A stretch of 64,000 nucleotides of DNA from Gemmatimonadota bacterium (GCA_026706345.1 JAPOYX010000026.1:1863-65862); one strand, 5' to 3'; shown: positions 18,843 through 31,340, counted from the first letter of the stretch. Made by a program: numbers and translations. Notes: generated from the sequence alone by a model not told the origin.

Positions 18843-21396
18843 GTGACCTCCGAATTTGTCGTACCGTAAGCCCCATCCGCTTCAAGTGCCCCTCGACCTT
18901 CTCGCCGAACGCCTCCACTTCCCGATCCAACTCCGGCAACGGACAGGCATAGCGTTCTTCCAGTTCTGTCACGCGCCCGGTAAGTTGCCGTGTCAACCCT
19001 TGCACCTCATCCTTGACGGCGGCCCGTATACTCGTAAACCACTTGTCCTCGATCACAAGCGTCTTTATCTCAATTTCGGTGAGCATCGTGTACTTCTGGA
19101 TCACCGATGTAAGTAACGTGTCCCGTGTCTGCTTGCATGTATCCTTTTGGACCTTCTCGTCTTCCATGAACTGGAGATAGTCGTAGAGAATATCCAACTC
19201 CTCGAATAGTCCTTCTTCGTCTTGGACGTTCTTGGTCCAATCATGAACGCCAAAGGTTGTTTTCTTGATGGCCTTTACCTGATTGTGCTCCGGCGTTCCT
19301 TCGGAACAACTCTTTAGAATGGCTTCCTTTAACTCGATGACGCGTTGCCGCACATTACCCTTGGTGATACCACTCTTTCCTTCAAGACCGTTGAGAGCGC
19401 CCTCATCGGCACCATGTTCCTCTTCGAATTCCTCCTTACGTTCCGCCAATTCGGAAACTTCCGCCTCAAGTCGCTCCAGTTCTTGCTGTTCGTTCTTGAA
19501 GAATTTCGCAATTAACAAAGTATGCGGGATAAGTTCACCAATGTACTTGGTAGTCTTTTGGCCCTTCTTGATAGTGAACTCCGGAGTTTCCTTGTCATGG
19601 GAGGAACGAAGGTTGCGACCTACCTGCCAGCCTTCCGCGGCGATAAGGTACACATCGTCCTGCATCGTTTCATCCCAATAGTCCATCAACCGTTGGTACA
19701 TGTCGTACGGGTCGAGCAGCGGCAGGTCAGCGAAACGCGCCAGCAGATCCTCTGCCAAGGCGCGAATGAGTTCCCTGGGGTTGGCGCCTGTCTCCAGTCC
19801 TTTCAGAACGGCCTCATGTGTCTTGCACCAATCGTCGAGAACGGCCGCAACCCGGGTCTCGTACGATCTGAATTCCATGTGATCGAGAATGGCGGCCTTC
19901 ACCTGTCCCGTCTCGATGCGACTTTCGCTGTAGCCCTCTCGGCCGTTGCCGACAAACAACGTCCGGCGCAGTGAGGGGAAGACGTCCCAGTAGACACTGA
20001 GCGCGTCGAGGTCGCGGTCCGGGATGCCGCCACGCAAATGGGCGTCGAGATCGTGCAGATCTTCCGGCTCGCTGGAATCGACCCAGCGCGGGATGTTGAG
20101 GTTGTAGTCGTTAGCGGGGCCGACAATCTGGGCGGTCGGAACCATGCGGGAATAACGCGGCAACTTAATCTGTCGGTTAAATACGTCGACGATTCGGTGG
20201 ATGTCCTGTGCGCGCAGGCGGTTCTTGTTGCCGTCCTTGCGGAAGCCCTTGCTCGCGTCGATCATGAAGATGCCGCCGCGCGCATGGGCGTTTTCCTTGT
20301 CTACAACCAGGATGCAGGCGGGGATGCCGGTGCCGTAGAACAGGTTGGGCGGCAGGCCGATGATACCCTTGATGAATCCGCGTTGGATGAGGTTCTTTCG
20401 AATGTCCGCTTCCCGGTTGCCCCGGAACAGTACGCCGTGCGGCAGGATGATCGCCCCCTTGCCCTTGCTGTTGAGCGACGCAATGAGGTGAAGGAGGAAC
20501 GCGTAGTCACCATTCCTGGCAGGTGGGATACCGTAGCCGAAACGTCCGAACTCGTCGTTGGCAGGATCAAGGCCGTTGGACCAGGCCTTGGCGGAAAAAG
20601 GTGGATTGGCAACGGCAAAGTCGAAGGTCTTGAGGCGGTCGTTCTGGTTCTTGAAGTACGGAGCGGCCAGGGTGTTGCCTCGCCAGATTTCGGCGGTCTC
20701 GTGACCATGCAGGATCATGTTCATCCGCGCCAGCGCATAGGTGGCGTTGTCCATCTCTTGGCCATAGACGGTAATGCCATGCGGTGCTTCATCGGCGGCC
20801 CTGAGCAGGAGCGAACCTGAACCGCAGGTCGGGTCGTAGAGGGTCTGATCCTGCCGGGTATCCGGTCCGATGCCGATCACCTGGGCCATGATGCGTGAGA
20901 CCTCGGCCGGCGTGTAGAACTGTCCCTTGCTCTTGCCGGATTCCGTGGCGAAGTGCATCATCAAATACTCGTAGGCGTCGCCGAGGAGATCATCCCCATC
21001 GGCCCGGTTCGCGCCAAAATCGAGACTGTCAAATATGGCGACGAGCCTGGAAAGCCTGTCCTGCATCTCCTTGCCGGACCCCAGCTTGTTTTCGTCGTTG
21101 AAATCCGCCTGATCGATGACGTCTCCAAGATCGTTCGCTTCCGCGAGCGTGGCGATCACCGTGTTTATCTTATCGCCGATCTCTTTATCGCCGACCAGCT
21201 TTACGATATCGGCGAAACTCCCGCCCTCGGGCACTTCGATGAGCATATTCGGATCTTTGGACGCCTTGTCAGAGACGTATTTCATGAACAGCAGCGTAAG
21301 GACATAATCCTTGTACTGAGAGGCATCCATGCCACCACGCAGTTCATCGCAGCTTTGCCAAAGAGAGGAATATAGTTGGGACTTCTTCAGGGCCAT
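18829..21396 (-). CDS. hsdM: Type I restriction-modification methyltransferase subunit (HsdM), with a long C-terminal coiled-coil-like extension
   Basis: 855-aa ORF. It has LGDAYEYLMMHFA, motif I LYDPTCGSGSLLLRA, and motif IV FDFAVANPPFSAKAW (NPPF). The charged C-terminal region ELERLEAEVSELAERKEEFEEEH is unusual in length. Confidence 0.9.
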   Translation of the reverse strand: MALKKSQLYSSLWQSCDELRGGMDASQYKDYVLTLLFMKYVSDKASKDPNMLIEVPEGGSFADIVKLVGDKEIGDKINTVIATLAEANDLGDVIDQADFNDENKLGSGKEMQDRLSRLVAIFDSLDFGANRADGDDLLGDAYEYLMMHFATESGKSKGQFYTPAEVSRIMAQVIGIGPDTRQDQTLYDPTCGSGSLLLRAADEAPHGITVYGQEMDNATYALARMNMILHGHETAEIWRGNTLAAPYFKNQNDRLKTFDFAVANPPFSAKAWSNGLDPANDEFGRFGYGIPPARNGDYAFLLHLIASLNSKGKGAIILPHGVLFRGNREADIRKNLIQRGFIKGIIGLPPNLFYGTGIPACILVVDKENAHARGGIFMIDASKGFRKDGNKNRLRAQDIHRIVDVFNRQIKLPRYSRMVPTAQIVGPANDYNLNIPRWVDSSEPEDLHDLDAHLRGGIPDRDLDALSVYWDVFPSLRRTLFVGNGREGYSESRIETGQVKAAILDHMEFRSYETRVAAVLDDWCKTHEAVLKGLETGANPRELIRALAEDLLARFADLPLLDPYDMYQRLMDYWDETMQDDVYLIAAEGWQVGRNLRSSHDKETPEFTIKKGQKTTKYIGELIPHTLLIAKFFKNEQQELERLEAEVSELAERKEEFEEEHGADEGALNGLEGKSGITKGNVRQRVIELKEAILKSCSEGTPEHNQVKAIKKTTFGVHDWTKNVQDEEGLFEELDILYDYLQFMEDEKVQKDTCKQTRDTLLTSVIQKYTMLTEIEIKTLVIEDKWFTSIRAAVKDEVQGLTRQLTGRVTELEERYACPLPELDREVEAFGEKVEGHLKRMGLTVRQIRRSRAIG

Positions 21397-21596
21397 TGGT
21401 CAGTTTCAAGTATGGGTTGGACTTGGTGGACGATTGAGCACGAGATTGGGTAGAACGCACCCACGATTCAGCCTCAATCGATACTACGTGAGGTACGTAG
21501 CACGGACATGATTGAAGTATACTACTCCTCGGCCGAGGTAACTTAATTCGCCCTACAAAAGGACAAGCAGGTTCGTGTCTATGAGTACGCTATTCA

Positions 21597-21923
21597 TTAC
21601 GAAGCAGCCAGTTCCCGTATTTTCATTGCAGTCACCTGCCCGTCGCTGTCGCGTATTACTACGATTTTGTACGTTCTGTTGTTAGGTCTTAGTGGAACAA
21701 AGGCGGGGATATGAGCTGGATGAGGGATATCCCATTTACGGGCAAATCCTACTGTCACGTTCCACTGAGCGGTCGGTTCATCGTATTCGACCTCTTCTAA
21801 CCCAATATGCGATATATTCTCTTCCGAGTATACATCGGCAACATGTTCCATGGCTGTCTTTACTGCTTGCTTGACGTTCATTGGTAACCTCACGATTCGA
21901 TGAGCCAGAACAACATAACTCAT
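21597..21923 (-). CDS. Hypothetical small protein (108 aa)
   Basis: Intact ORF with plausible coding composition, lying between hsdM and an oxygenase gene. No motif recognised. Confidence 0.35.
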   Translation of the reverse strand: MSYVVLAHRIVRLPMNVKQAVKTAMEHVADVYSEENISHIGLEEVEYDEPTAQWNVTVGFARKWDIPHPAHIPAFVPLRPNNRTYKIVVIRDSDGQVTAMKIRELAAS

Positions 21924-21960
21924 TTAGTCGGTAGATTGACAGCCTGCCCGTAATCTTTCT

Positions 21961-22734
21961 TCACTCCATCCCGACCCCGACTCCGCGTCGACTCCGTTCC
22001 CGTTTCCGGTACCTGGCGTTAGGCGCCTCGAGTATCTGTTGCTGCTTTTCCGTCAGGTCTTCATACCAGTCCGGATCATAGTATTGAGCGTACCATGAAA
22101 CAGAGTTGGGCGAGTACTTGTAGAAGAGGGTGCGGCGCTCGTCGCCGTGCCAGGGCATGGTGCCGTGGGTCAGCGCCTCGGTGAAGATCACGGCGGTGCC
22201 CGCCTTGCCGGTCACGGCGCGGATGAAGGGCTGATCGGTCTTCAGGTTGCGCCACTCGTCGGGGAACCGGAAGTTGCTTTTGTGACTGCCGGGCACGCAG
22301 CCGAAGCCGCCGTCGCCGGGGTTCACGTCCTTCAGGTTGTAGGCGACCACGGTCAGGCCACACCGGATTTCCTCATTTATACAGGTGTAGGAATACAGCG
22401 GGTCGAAGGGAATTGCCCCGCCGTGCAGGGTCGTGCCGATGGGCCCGTCGCCCTTCCGGATGATGTCGGCGTAATCGTGGTCAAGCCGGTACTTCGGTCC
22501 GACCAGTTGCTCCAGGTAAGGATCTATCCGCGGGTTGTCGATCAACGCCCGGTACGCGGGACCCCAGTCGAGCAGGGTGAAACCGAAACGGTGCGTGGTC
22601 GCGCCGGGTTCCATGGCCTCCTCGACCTTTTCGTCGAGGATGCGGTTCAATTCTGCGAGTCGTCCGGCGTCAAGGGCGTCCGGGACCTCGATGAAGCCCT
22701 GCAGGTCGAAGAGATACCGTTCATGGGGGGTCAT
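21961..22734 (-). CDS. Phytanoyl-CoA dioxygenase (PhyH) family Fe(II)/2-oxoglutarate oxygenase
   Basis: 257-aa ORF with a PhyH-like layout (LDHDYADII...HGG...TEALTHGTMPWHGD; His/Asp/His ligand pattern). Confidence 0.7.
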   Translation of the reverse strand: MTPHERYLFDLQGFIEVPDALDAGRLAELNRILDEKVEEAMEPGATTHRFGFTLLDWGPAYRALIDNPRIDPYLEQLVGPKYRLDHDYADIIRKGDGPIGTTLHGGAIPFDPLYSYTCINEEIRCGLTVVAYNLKDVNPGDGGFGCVPGSHKSNFRFPDEWRNLKTDQPFIRAVTGKAGTAVIFTEALTHGTMPWHGDERRTLFYKYSPNSVSWYAQYYDPDWYEDLTEKQQQILEAPNARYRKRERSRRGVGVGME

Positions 22735-22808
22735 GCGCTGTCCTTTTCCGGATCAGGGCTCGATCGTCGACCATTCCGTAACCTCGAAGCGTATCCGCTC
22801 CCGGCCCG

Positions 22809-23897
22809 TCAGTCGTCGTCCACCGCGTAGTCGTCACCGTAGTACTTGCTCGTGGTGCGGGTATGGAACTGAACCGCCGAGATGGGTTCGTACTTGGGCT
22901 CGCCCGTGTTGGGCAGCACCTCGAGCATCTCTTCCTCCCAGACGTAGACGGCCATGGGAATGCTGATGCGGGCGGTTTCGAAGAGACGGGCGTCCTGCGG
23001 CTTGCTGACCCGGTGGGTCGTGGACGGGAGGCGGTCGTTGGTGATCCGCTGCATGTAGTCGCCCGTGTTGATGATGATACTGCCTTCCGGGGGATTGAGG
23101 CGGATCCACTTCATGTTCTCCCGGTTCAGCACCTGCAGTCCGTCCACCCCGTGGGAGGGCAGGATGGTGAACAGGTCGACGTCCTCGTGTCCCAGCATGC
23201 GGCCGGCCCCGGATGCGTCGTCCTCCGCCGTGATGGGCGGGTAGTAGTTGAGCCGGAACCCGAAGTTCGTCCGGGTGAGTTTTTCGTCGTAAAGCGTCGG
23301 ATCGCAGCCGAGGTAGGTCAGGATGCTCTGCATGAGGGGCAGGATAAGCTTTTCGTGATTCAGGATGACTTCCCGGAAGAACGGTTCGTATCCGCTGGCG
23401 GGCCAGAAATCCGCTTCCCGGTAATCCGGGTTCTCGCCCAGATTGAAGGCCCGCCGGCAGAAGACCCAGCCCTCGACGAGATCGGGATGCATGCGGCTGG
23501 TCTGTTTGATCGGGAAGTACCCCTGGTTGACCGAACCCTGCCGCTGCGCCTCGTACTTCAACTTGTCGGCCATAGGCGTGGCCGTGAAGAATTCGGCCAC
23601 CTTGCGCTCGGTCTCCTCGTACAGGCTGGTCGGGATTTCGTGGTTCTCGAGGATGACGAATCCGATACCTTCCATGGCCTCGCCGATATCCCGGGCGAAT
23701 TGCGCCCTGCCCTCCGGACCGCCGCGGTAGAAAAGGGCCATGTCGCAGGTCCTGATCTGCGTTTCCTCGTCGAATTCCTCTAAGGCCGCGCCTTCGGCCA
23801 GGTTGTAGGTCTGTTCCTTTTTAACCTGGTCGTACTGGGTGTATTCCTGGTTGACTGCCTTGATACCGTGTTCCTGGTCCGCCTGATCGGTGCTCAT
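22809..23897 (-). CDS. Isopenicillin N synthase-like 2OG-Fe(II) oxygenase family protein
   Basis: 362-aa ORF with a DIOX_N-like N-terminal half and a C-terminal GHEDVDLFTILPSHGVDGLQV...STTHRV typical of IPNS-like 2OG oxygenases (HxD...H). Confidence 0.7.
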   Translation of the reverse strand: MSTDQADQEHGIKAVNQEYTQYDQVKKEQTYNLAEGAALEEFDEETQIRTCDMALFYRGGPEGRAQFARDIGEAMEGIGFVILENHEIPTSLYEETERKVAEFFTATPMADKLKYEAQRQGSVNQGYFPIKQTSRMHPDLVEGWVFCRRAFNLGENPDYREADFWPASGYEPFFREVILNHEKLILPLMQSILTYLGCDPTLYDEKLTRTNFGFRLNYYPPITAEDDASGAGRMLGHEDVDLFTILPSHGVDGLQVLNRENMKWIRLNPPEGSIIINTGDYMQRITNDRLPSTTHRVSKPQDARLFETARISIPMAVYVWEEEMLEVLPNTGEPKYEPISAVQFHTRTTSKYYGDDYAVDDD

Positions 23898-24169
23898 GAC
23901 CGTACCCCCGGCCCGGGCGGCCGCCGTTCCGTACCGCCGCGAACCCTGCTGTTATGGATCGGGTGTCTTGATCGTTTAGTATCATCAATATCTCATATCA
24001 CCGCGGGGTCTGGCAAGGGTAAAATGGTCGTGGGGAGCGCTGCGGATCAGCGTGGTGGGATGCCATGGGGAGCGCTGCGGAAGGTGCCACAGATCAGTGC
24101 GGCGGGATGCCGTCCGGGCGGCCCACAAAACAGTTGACACGGCGGCTTCGCGCCAGATACATATGGGGC

Positions 24170-25801
<1,632 letters not shown>

Positions 25802-25837
25802 CCCTATCGATTCACGGAAGTTCAACCGGAGGAACCA

Positions 25838-26629
25838 ATGAGTGAAGCACGACCCTTAAAGGTACATGTAACCGGAGCGTACGGACTGATCGGCAACCTG
25901 ACGTACCGCCATCTGAGCGCGAAGGATGAGTACGAAGTCTACGGGAGCGGCCGGCGGACCGCCTCATCGGACCGCATCGACGATGAGGATCTCCTGCGAA
26001 TCCCCGATGACCGTTTCTTTCTTGCCGACCTGACCGACCGGGACGCCGTGTCGAGGGCCCTTACCGGCATGGACGCGGTGATCCATCTCGGCGCGGTTCC
26101 CGATCCCGGGGCGTCCTTCGAGACCATTCTGGAGAGCAACATCCGGGGCACCTACAACGTGCTGGAAGTCTGCAGGGAGGAGGGCATCAGGCGCCTGATC
26201 TACGCGAGCTCCGTCATGGCGAGTTGGGGCTACGGCCAGTTCTCCGAACCCTACGTGTCCCTCAACGAGGGCCGCCTCGAGGGGCTGCCCGATCCCATGC
26301 CCATCGTGAAGGTCACCGACCCGCCCCGGCCCACGGAACCCTATTCGGCCAGCAAAGTGTGGGGCGAAGGCATCTGCCGCACCTACCACGACGCCCATGG
26401 TTTTTCCGTCGTCTGCCTCCGCATCGGCTGGGTCAACAAGCAGAACGAGGCCACCGAGCCGTTCCTGCGGTCGGTATGGTGCAGCCAGGCGGACATCACG
26501 CAGATCATAGAACTGGCTCTGAAGGCCACGGAGAATTCGGTCTACGAGGTCTGCTTCGCCGTGACCGACGGCCCGCACCGCTGGGTGGACCTGGAGCATA
26601 CGCGGAATCGGCTGGGTCACGAGTTTTAA
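25838..26629 (+). CDS. NAD-dependent epimerase/dehydratase family (SDR) protein
   Basis: N-terminal Rossmann motif VTGAYGLIGNLTYRHL, with an SDR-like YxxxK region (YSASKVWGE). Confidence 0.7.
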   Translation: MSEARPLKVHVTGAYGLIGNLTYRHLSAKDEYEVYGSGRRTASSDRIDDEDLLRIPDDRFFLADLTDRDAVSRALTGMDAVIHLGAVPDPGASFETILESNIRGTYNVLEVCREEGIRRLIYASSVMASWGYGQFSEPYVSLNEGRLEGLPDPMPIVKVTDPPRPTEPYSASKVWGEGICRTYHDAHGFSVVCLRIGWVNKQNEATEPFLRSVWCSQADITQIIELALKATENSVYEVCFAVTDGPHRWVDLEHTRNRLGHEF

Positions 26630-26749
26630 GGGTTGAAAACCCCGGTTGCGCGGGCGTTAAGTGGCAGCCATTAAAGTAACAGTCGAATCATGCTCGAATA
26701 GAAGCTGATTCACACCACACGATCTCACACTCGAAAGGAGCGTGGAAAC

Positions 26750-27109
26750 ATGCCGAAACTCACCGTCAACGGAGTGGAGAACGAGGTCGATTCGGGGCAA
26801 CGTCTCGTACTGGCCATCGAGGGAACCGGCGTTAACATCGGCCACCGCTGCGGCGGGAACGCCAAGTGTACGACCTGTCGCGTGACGTTCGTATCGGGCG
26901 AGCCGGACACCATGACCGAAGCCGAACGCGACGTGCTGACCGAGAAGGGCGCCCTCGGCGAGGTGCGGCTGTCCTGCCAGATCATCTGCGATCACGACAT
27001 GTCCGTCGAGCCGGGATTCCTGCTGGAGAACGAGGAAGAGTGGACCGACACAGGGCCGACGCCGGAGACGAGTATCACACCCGACCCGGTCTGGACCGAC
27101 AAGCCCTAG
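26750..27109 (+). CDS. 2Fe-2S ferredoxin
   Basis: 119-aa ORF with the Cys pattern [12 protein letters not shown] ... C (plant/adrenodoxin-type 2Fe-2S ligands). Confidence 0.8.
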   Translation: MPKLTVNGVENEVDSGQRLVLAIEGTGVNIGHRCGGNAKCTTCRVTFVSGEPDTMTEAERDVLTEKGALGEVRLSCQIICDHDMSVEPGFLLENEEEWTDTGPTPETSITPDPVWTDKP

Positions 27110-27126
27110 GTGTTTGGCTATTGGTC

Positions 27127-29253
27127 ATGACTGATGTAATCTACACCTGCCCGATGCATCCGGAGGTGCGCCAGGCGCATGCCGGCTCATGCCCGGTCTG
27201 CGGCATGGGCCTGGAGCTTGAATCCGCCGCGATGGCCGATGACGATCCGAATCCCGAACTGGTGGATTTCACCCGGCGATTCCGGGTCGGCGCCGCGTTG
27301 ACATTTCCCCTCCTGATTCTTACGATGGGGCCCTTTTTCGGCTTCGGGGGCCTGCGAGAGGCCTTTGGAGCACGCGGGGCGCTCTGGATCGAGGTGCTGC
27401 TGGGCACGCCGGTGGTGCTGTGGTGTGGCTGGCCGTTCCTCGCGCGCGGATGGACGTCGTTTCGCACCATGAACCTCAACATGTTCTCCCTGATTGCGAT
27501 GGGGGTGGCCACCGCCTGGCTCTTCAGCCTGGTCGCGGTGCTGGCGCCCGACTTGTTCCCGGAAGGCTTCCGCGACGCGGAGGGCCATGTCGGCGTCTAT
27601 TTCGAAGCGGCGGCGGTGATCGTGACGCTGGTGCTTCTGGGCCAGGTCCTGGAACTTCGCGCCCGCGAGAGCTCCGGCAGGGCAATCCGGGCGCTGCTCG
27701 ACATGGCGGCCAGGGCCGCGCGCGTGGTCCGCGAGGACGGACGAGAGGAAGAGATCCCGGTTGACGAGGTGCGACCCGGAGACCGGCTGCGGGTGCGGCC
27801 GGGTGACAAGGTGCCTGTCGACGGCGTGGTGGTCGAAGGCCGCTCCTCCGTCGACGAGAGCATGATCACCGGTGAGCCGATACCCGTGGAGAAAACGGCG
27901 GGCGATGCACTCACGGGCGCAACCATCAACGGTACCGGAAGCCTGATCATGGAGGCCACGCGCATCGGCGCCGACACGATGCTGAGCCAGATCGTCGAGA
28001 TGGTGGCAAATGCGCAGCGGAGTCGCGCGCCGATCCAGAAGTACGTCGACAAGGTGGCGGGCCTGTTCGTACCGGCGGTGATCCTGGCAGCGGCCTGCGC
28101 GTTCATTGCCTGGGCGCTTTGGGGTCCGGCGCCCGCGCTGTCCTACGCGATACTTGCGTCGGTTTCGGTTCTGATCATCGCCTGCCCGTGCGCGCTGGGT
28201 CTCGCAACGCCCATGTCGATCATGACGGCGACGGGGCGCGGCGCACAGATGGGCGTGCTGATCAAGAACGCCGAAGCGCTCGAGCGGTTTGAAACGGTCG
28301 ACACGCTGCTCGTCGACAAGACGGGCACGTTGACGGAGGGAAAACCCCGGCTGGTGGCCGTCCTGCCCGAGACCGGATACGACGAAGCCACGGTACTGAG
28401 GCTGGCCGCGTCCCTGGAAAAGGGTTCCGAGCATCCCCTGGCCGAGGCCATCGTGCGCGGAGCCGAAGACCGTGGCGTCCAGCTGGGCGAGGCGACGGAC
28501 TTCGAAGCCGTGACCGGCAAGGGCGCCAAAGGCAGGATCGACGGCAGGACGGTCGCGATCGGCAACTTGAAAATGGCGCGCGACCTCGGCCTGGAGGTCG
28601 AAGCGCTGGCCGAACGGGCCGATCGCCGGCGTGACCATGGCGAAACGGTGGTGGCCGTCATGCCGGACGGCAAGCTCGCGGGCCTCGTGAGCGTCGCCGA
28701 TCCGGTAAAGGACTCCACGCCTGACGCGCTCGGTGCCCTTCGTCAACTCGGTTTTCGCATCATCATGGCCACGGGCGACAGCGAGCGCACGGCGAAGGCC
28801 GTGGCAACCCGCGTCGGCATCGATGACATTCGCGCCGATGTGCTGCCCGAGGACAAGGCCCGCATGATCCAGGAACTGCAGGCCGAGGGGCGGAAGGTCG
28901 CCATGGCGGGAGACGGGGTCAACGACGCGCCCGCCCTCGCCCAGGCTGATGTCGGGATCGCCATGGGCACGGGCGCCGACGCGGCCATCGAGACCGCCGG
29001 CATCACGCTGGTCAGAGGCGACCTTAACGGCATCGTCCGTGCCCGGCGGCTCGCGCGCGCCAGCATGCGCAACATTCGCCAGAACCTGTTCCTGGCCTTT
29101 GCCTATAACACCGCTGGCGTACCGGTGGCCGGTGGATTGCTCTTCCCCGTCTTCGGCATCCTCATCAGTCCGATGTTCGCGGCCTTCGCGATGACCGCAT
29201 CGTCGATTTCCGTCGTCTCGAACGCGCTGCGCCTGCGCAGCAAGCGCCTCTGA
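27127..29253 (+). CDS. copA: Copper-translocating P1B-type ATPase
   Basis: N-terminal metal-binding YTCPMHPEV...CPVCGM. Membrane CPC motif [13 protein letters not shown]. Phosphorylation site DKTGTLT. Hinge [10 protein letters not shown]. Start taken at [13 protein letters not shown] (27127). Confidence 0.9.
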   Translation: MTDVIYTCPMHPEVRQAHAGSCPVCGMGLELESAAMADDDPNPELVDFTRRFRVGAALTFPLLILTMGPFFGFGGLREAFGARGALWIEVLLGTPVVLWCGWPFLARGWTSFRTMNLNMFSLIAMGVATAWLFSLVAVLAPDLFPEGFRDAEGHVGVYFEAAAVIVTLVLLGQVLELRARESSGRAIRALLDMAARAARVVREDGREEEIPVDEVRPGDRLRVRPGDKVPVDGVVVEGRSSVDESMITGEPIPVEKTAGDALTGATINGTGSLIMEATRIGADTMLSQIVEMVANAQRSRAPIQKYVDKVAGLFVPAVILAAACAFIAWALWGPAPALSYAILASVSVLIIACPCALGLATPMSIMTATGRGAQMGVLIKNAEALERFETVDTLLVDKTGTLTEGKPRLVAVLPETGYDEATVLRLAASLEKGSEHPLAEAIVRGAEDRGVQLGEATDFEAVTGKGAKGRIDGRTVAIGNLKMARDLGLEVEALAERADRRRDHGETVVAVMPDGKLAGLVSVADPVKDSTPDALGALRQLGFRIIMATGDSERTAKAVATRVGIDDIRADVLPEDKARMIQELQAEGRKVAMAGDGVNDAPALAQADVGIAMGTGADAAIETAGITLVRGDLNGIVRARRLARASMRNIRQNLFLAFAYNTAGVPVAGGLLFPVFGILISPMFAAFAMTASSISVVSNALRLRSKRL

Positions 29254-29254
29254 T

Positions 29255-30160
29255 TCACCCCTTCAGCGCACCCACCGTGATCCCCCGGGTCACCTGGCGC
29301 TGGAGCAGGGCGTAGACCAGCATCGTGGGCAGCATCATGAGCACCAGGCCGGCGAAGGCCATGCCCCAGTCGCTGCGGTACTGGCTCACAATGGTGATGT
29401 TGGCCAGGCCGAGGGGAAGGGTGCGCAGGCTTTCAGCGTTTTCTCCCGACAGGAACATGAAGGCCATGAAGAACTCGTTCCAGGTGCCGAGGAAGGCGAA
29501 GATGCCCACGGTGACCAGGGCGGGCTTGGCCAGCGGCAGCATGATGTGCCAGAAGGCCCGCAGTTCGCCGGCGCCGTCCATCAGCGCCGATTCGTGGAGT
29601 CCGGACGGCAGCGACTTGAAGAAGCCCGCCAGGATGAAGATGGCGAAGGGCATCCCGAAGGCGATGTAGACGAGGAGCAATCCCAGGCGGGAGTTGAGCA
29701 GCATCAGGTCCTTCATCTGAAAGAACAGCGGTACGATGGCCAGCTGCAGTGGCACCATCAGACCCGCCAGAAAGAAGAAGAACAATGGCCGGGCGCCGAA
29801 GAAACGGAACCGCGACAGGGCATAGGCCGCCATGGCCGCGAAGAGCAGCGACAGGATTACTGTCAGTACCGTCAGCACCGCGCTGTTCAGGAAGTAGTCT
29901 CCGAAATGCCCCACCGTCCACGCCCGTGAGAAGTTGATCCACTGCAGGTCCGCCCAGTCCGGCAGTGTGAAAGGCGCCAGGAAAATCTCCCGGTCCGTCT
30001 TGAGCGACGTGTACAGCAGCCAGGCCATCGGGTAGACCACGATGACCAGGTAGCCGAGCAGCACGGGATAGATGAGGAGATTCCAGGTCGCTGTCCGGCG
30101 CGTTTCGCCCGTCTGTTTCTTCTCTTCCATCCTTTTATCCTCTTTCGTCCGCGTCATCAA
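29255..30160 (-). CDS. Carbohydrate ABC transporter permease (MalG-like)
   Basis: EAA-loop motif HESALMDGAGELRAFWHIMLPLAKPAL with multiple TM segments. The exact start is uncertain because the 5' end overlaps a tandem repeat array. Confidence 0.8.
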   Translation of the reverse strand: MMTRTKEDKRMEEKKQTGETRRTATWNLLIYPVLLGYLVIVVYPMAWLLYTSLKTDREIFLAPFTLPDWADLQWINFSRAWTVGHFGDYFLNSAVLTVLTVILSLLFAAMAAYALSRFRFFGARPLFFFFLAGLMVPLQLAIVPLFFQMKDLMLLNSRLGLLLVYIAFGMPFAIFILAGFFKSLPSGLHESALMDGAGELRAFWHIMLPLAKPALVTVGIFAFLGTWNEFFMAFMFLSGENAESLRTLPLGLANITIVSQYRSDWGMAFAGLVLMMLPTMLVYALLQRQVTRGITVGALKG

Positions 30161-30340
30161 TATCCCACCGTCGTTCGCTTCTTCGTTCTCGTCCGCGTCA
30201 TCAATATCCCACCGTCGTTCGCTTCTTCGTTCTCGTCCGCGTCATCAATATCCCACCGTCGTTCGCTTCTTCGTTCTCGTCCGCGTCATCAATATCCCAC
30301 CGTCGTTCGCTTCTTCGTTCTCGTCCGCGTCATCAGAATT
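30153..30340. repeat. 44-bp tandem direct repeat: 4 near-perfect copies plus degenerate flanking copies
   Basis: The unit gtcatcaatatcccaccgtcgttcgcttcttcgttctcgtccgc starts at 30153, 30197, 30241 and 30285. A variant copy lies at 30329 and a degenerate copy upstream. It sits in the junction between the two ABC permease genes. Confidence 0.9.
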
Positions 30341-31340
30341 CCACCGTTTCCCTTCGCATGAGCCTCAGCGTGGCGGCCGTGCCGAAGAAGACCATGATGA
30401 ACAGCAGCACCGCGATGGCCGTGGCCTCGCCGATCTTGAACTCGGTGAACATGTCCTGCACCATGAGCGTGCCGATGACGTGCACCTGCGTGGTGGGCGT
30501 CTGGTTGGTGAGGAGCCAGATGGTTTCGAAGGCCTTCATCCCCCCGATGACCATGAAGACGATGGAGATGGACAGCACCTCCCAGATCAGCGGCAGGGTG
30601 ATGGTCCAGAACTGTCGCCATGACGAGGCGCCGTCGATGTCCGCCGCTTCGTAGAGGCTCTGGGGGATGCTCTCCATGGCGGCGAGGAACAGGATCATGT
30701 TGAAGCCGCAGGCGCCCCAGATGGACATGGGGATCAGGGCCCAGTACAGGTTGGACTGCGACAGCCAGGCGAATCCTTCCATGGCCTGCAGCCAGCTTCC
30801 CGCGCTTTCGAGACCGGCGGCGGACAGGATCACGCCCAGTCCCACCAGCGCCGTGTTGATCGGTCCGCCCTGGGGATTGTAGAGGTGCATCCAGAGGAGC
30901 GTGGCGGCCACGGCCCCCAGGATATTCGGGAAGAAGAAGGCGATGCGGAAGAACTTCGATCCCCGTATCTGCCGGCTGATGCACACGGCCAGGAAGAGGG
31001 AGATCGGGATGACGAACAGCGGGATGACGAACATGATGAACAGGTTGTTGTTCAGCGCGATCCAGAACCCGTCGCTTTCGAAGAGCAGGCGGCCGAAGTT
31101 GAGCAGGCCCGTGAACCGCATGTCGGTCAGCCCGTCCCATTCGTTCAGGCTCCAGACGAAGGATTTCACGCTTGGGATAATGACGAACACGGAGTACAGC
31201 AGCAGGGCGGGCGCGATGAAGATGATCCGGTCGGTCCTCCGGAGGAACGGGAGGCCGGCTGCGTGCGCGGTTCCGGCGCGACGGCGGTCCCGGTAGCGCT
31301 TGCAGGTCGTGGCCGACCAGTAGCCCACGGCCAGGGCCAT
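30333..31340 (-). CDS. Carbohydrate ABC transporter permease (MalF-like); it reads in the same open frame as the upstream solute-binding protein
   Basis: TM-rich sequence with EAA motif LYEAADIDGASSWRQFWTITLPL. No stop codon separates it from the solute-binding domain upstream, so the start assigned at MALAVGYW is tentative. Confidence 0.6.
   Translation of the reverse strand: MALAVGYWSATTCKRYRDRRRAGTAHAAGLPFLRRTDRIIFIAPALLLYSVFVIIPSVKSFVWSLNEWDGLTDMRFTGLLNFGRLLFESDGFWIALNNNLFIMFVIPLFVIPISLFLAVCISRQIRGSKFFRIAFFFPNILGAVAATLLWMHLYNPQGGPINTALVGLGVILSAAGLESAGSWLQAMEGFAWLSQSNLYWALIPMSIWGACGFNMILFLAAMESIPQSLYEAADIDGASSWRQFWTITLPLIWEVLSISIVFMVIGGMKAFETIWLLTNQTPTTQVHVIGTLMVQDMFTEFKIGEATAIAVLLFIMVFFGTAATLRLMRRETVEF

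Noticed and set aside
30153-30340. Possible CRISPR array
   Set aside because: The 44-bp units are directly contiguous with no intervening unique spacers, so this is a simple tandem repeat and not a CRISPR array. No cas genes are nearby.
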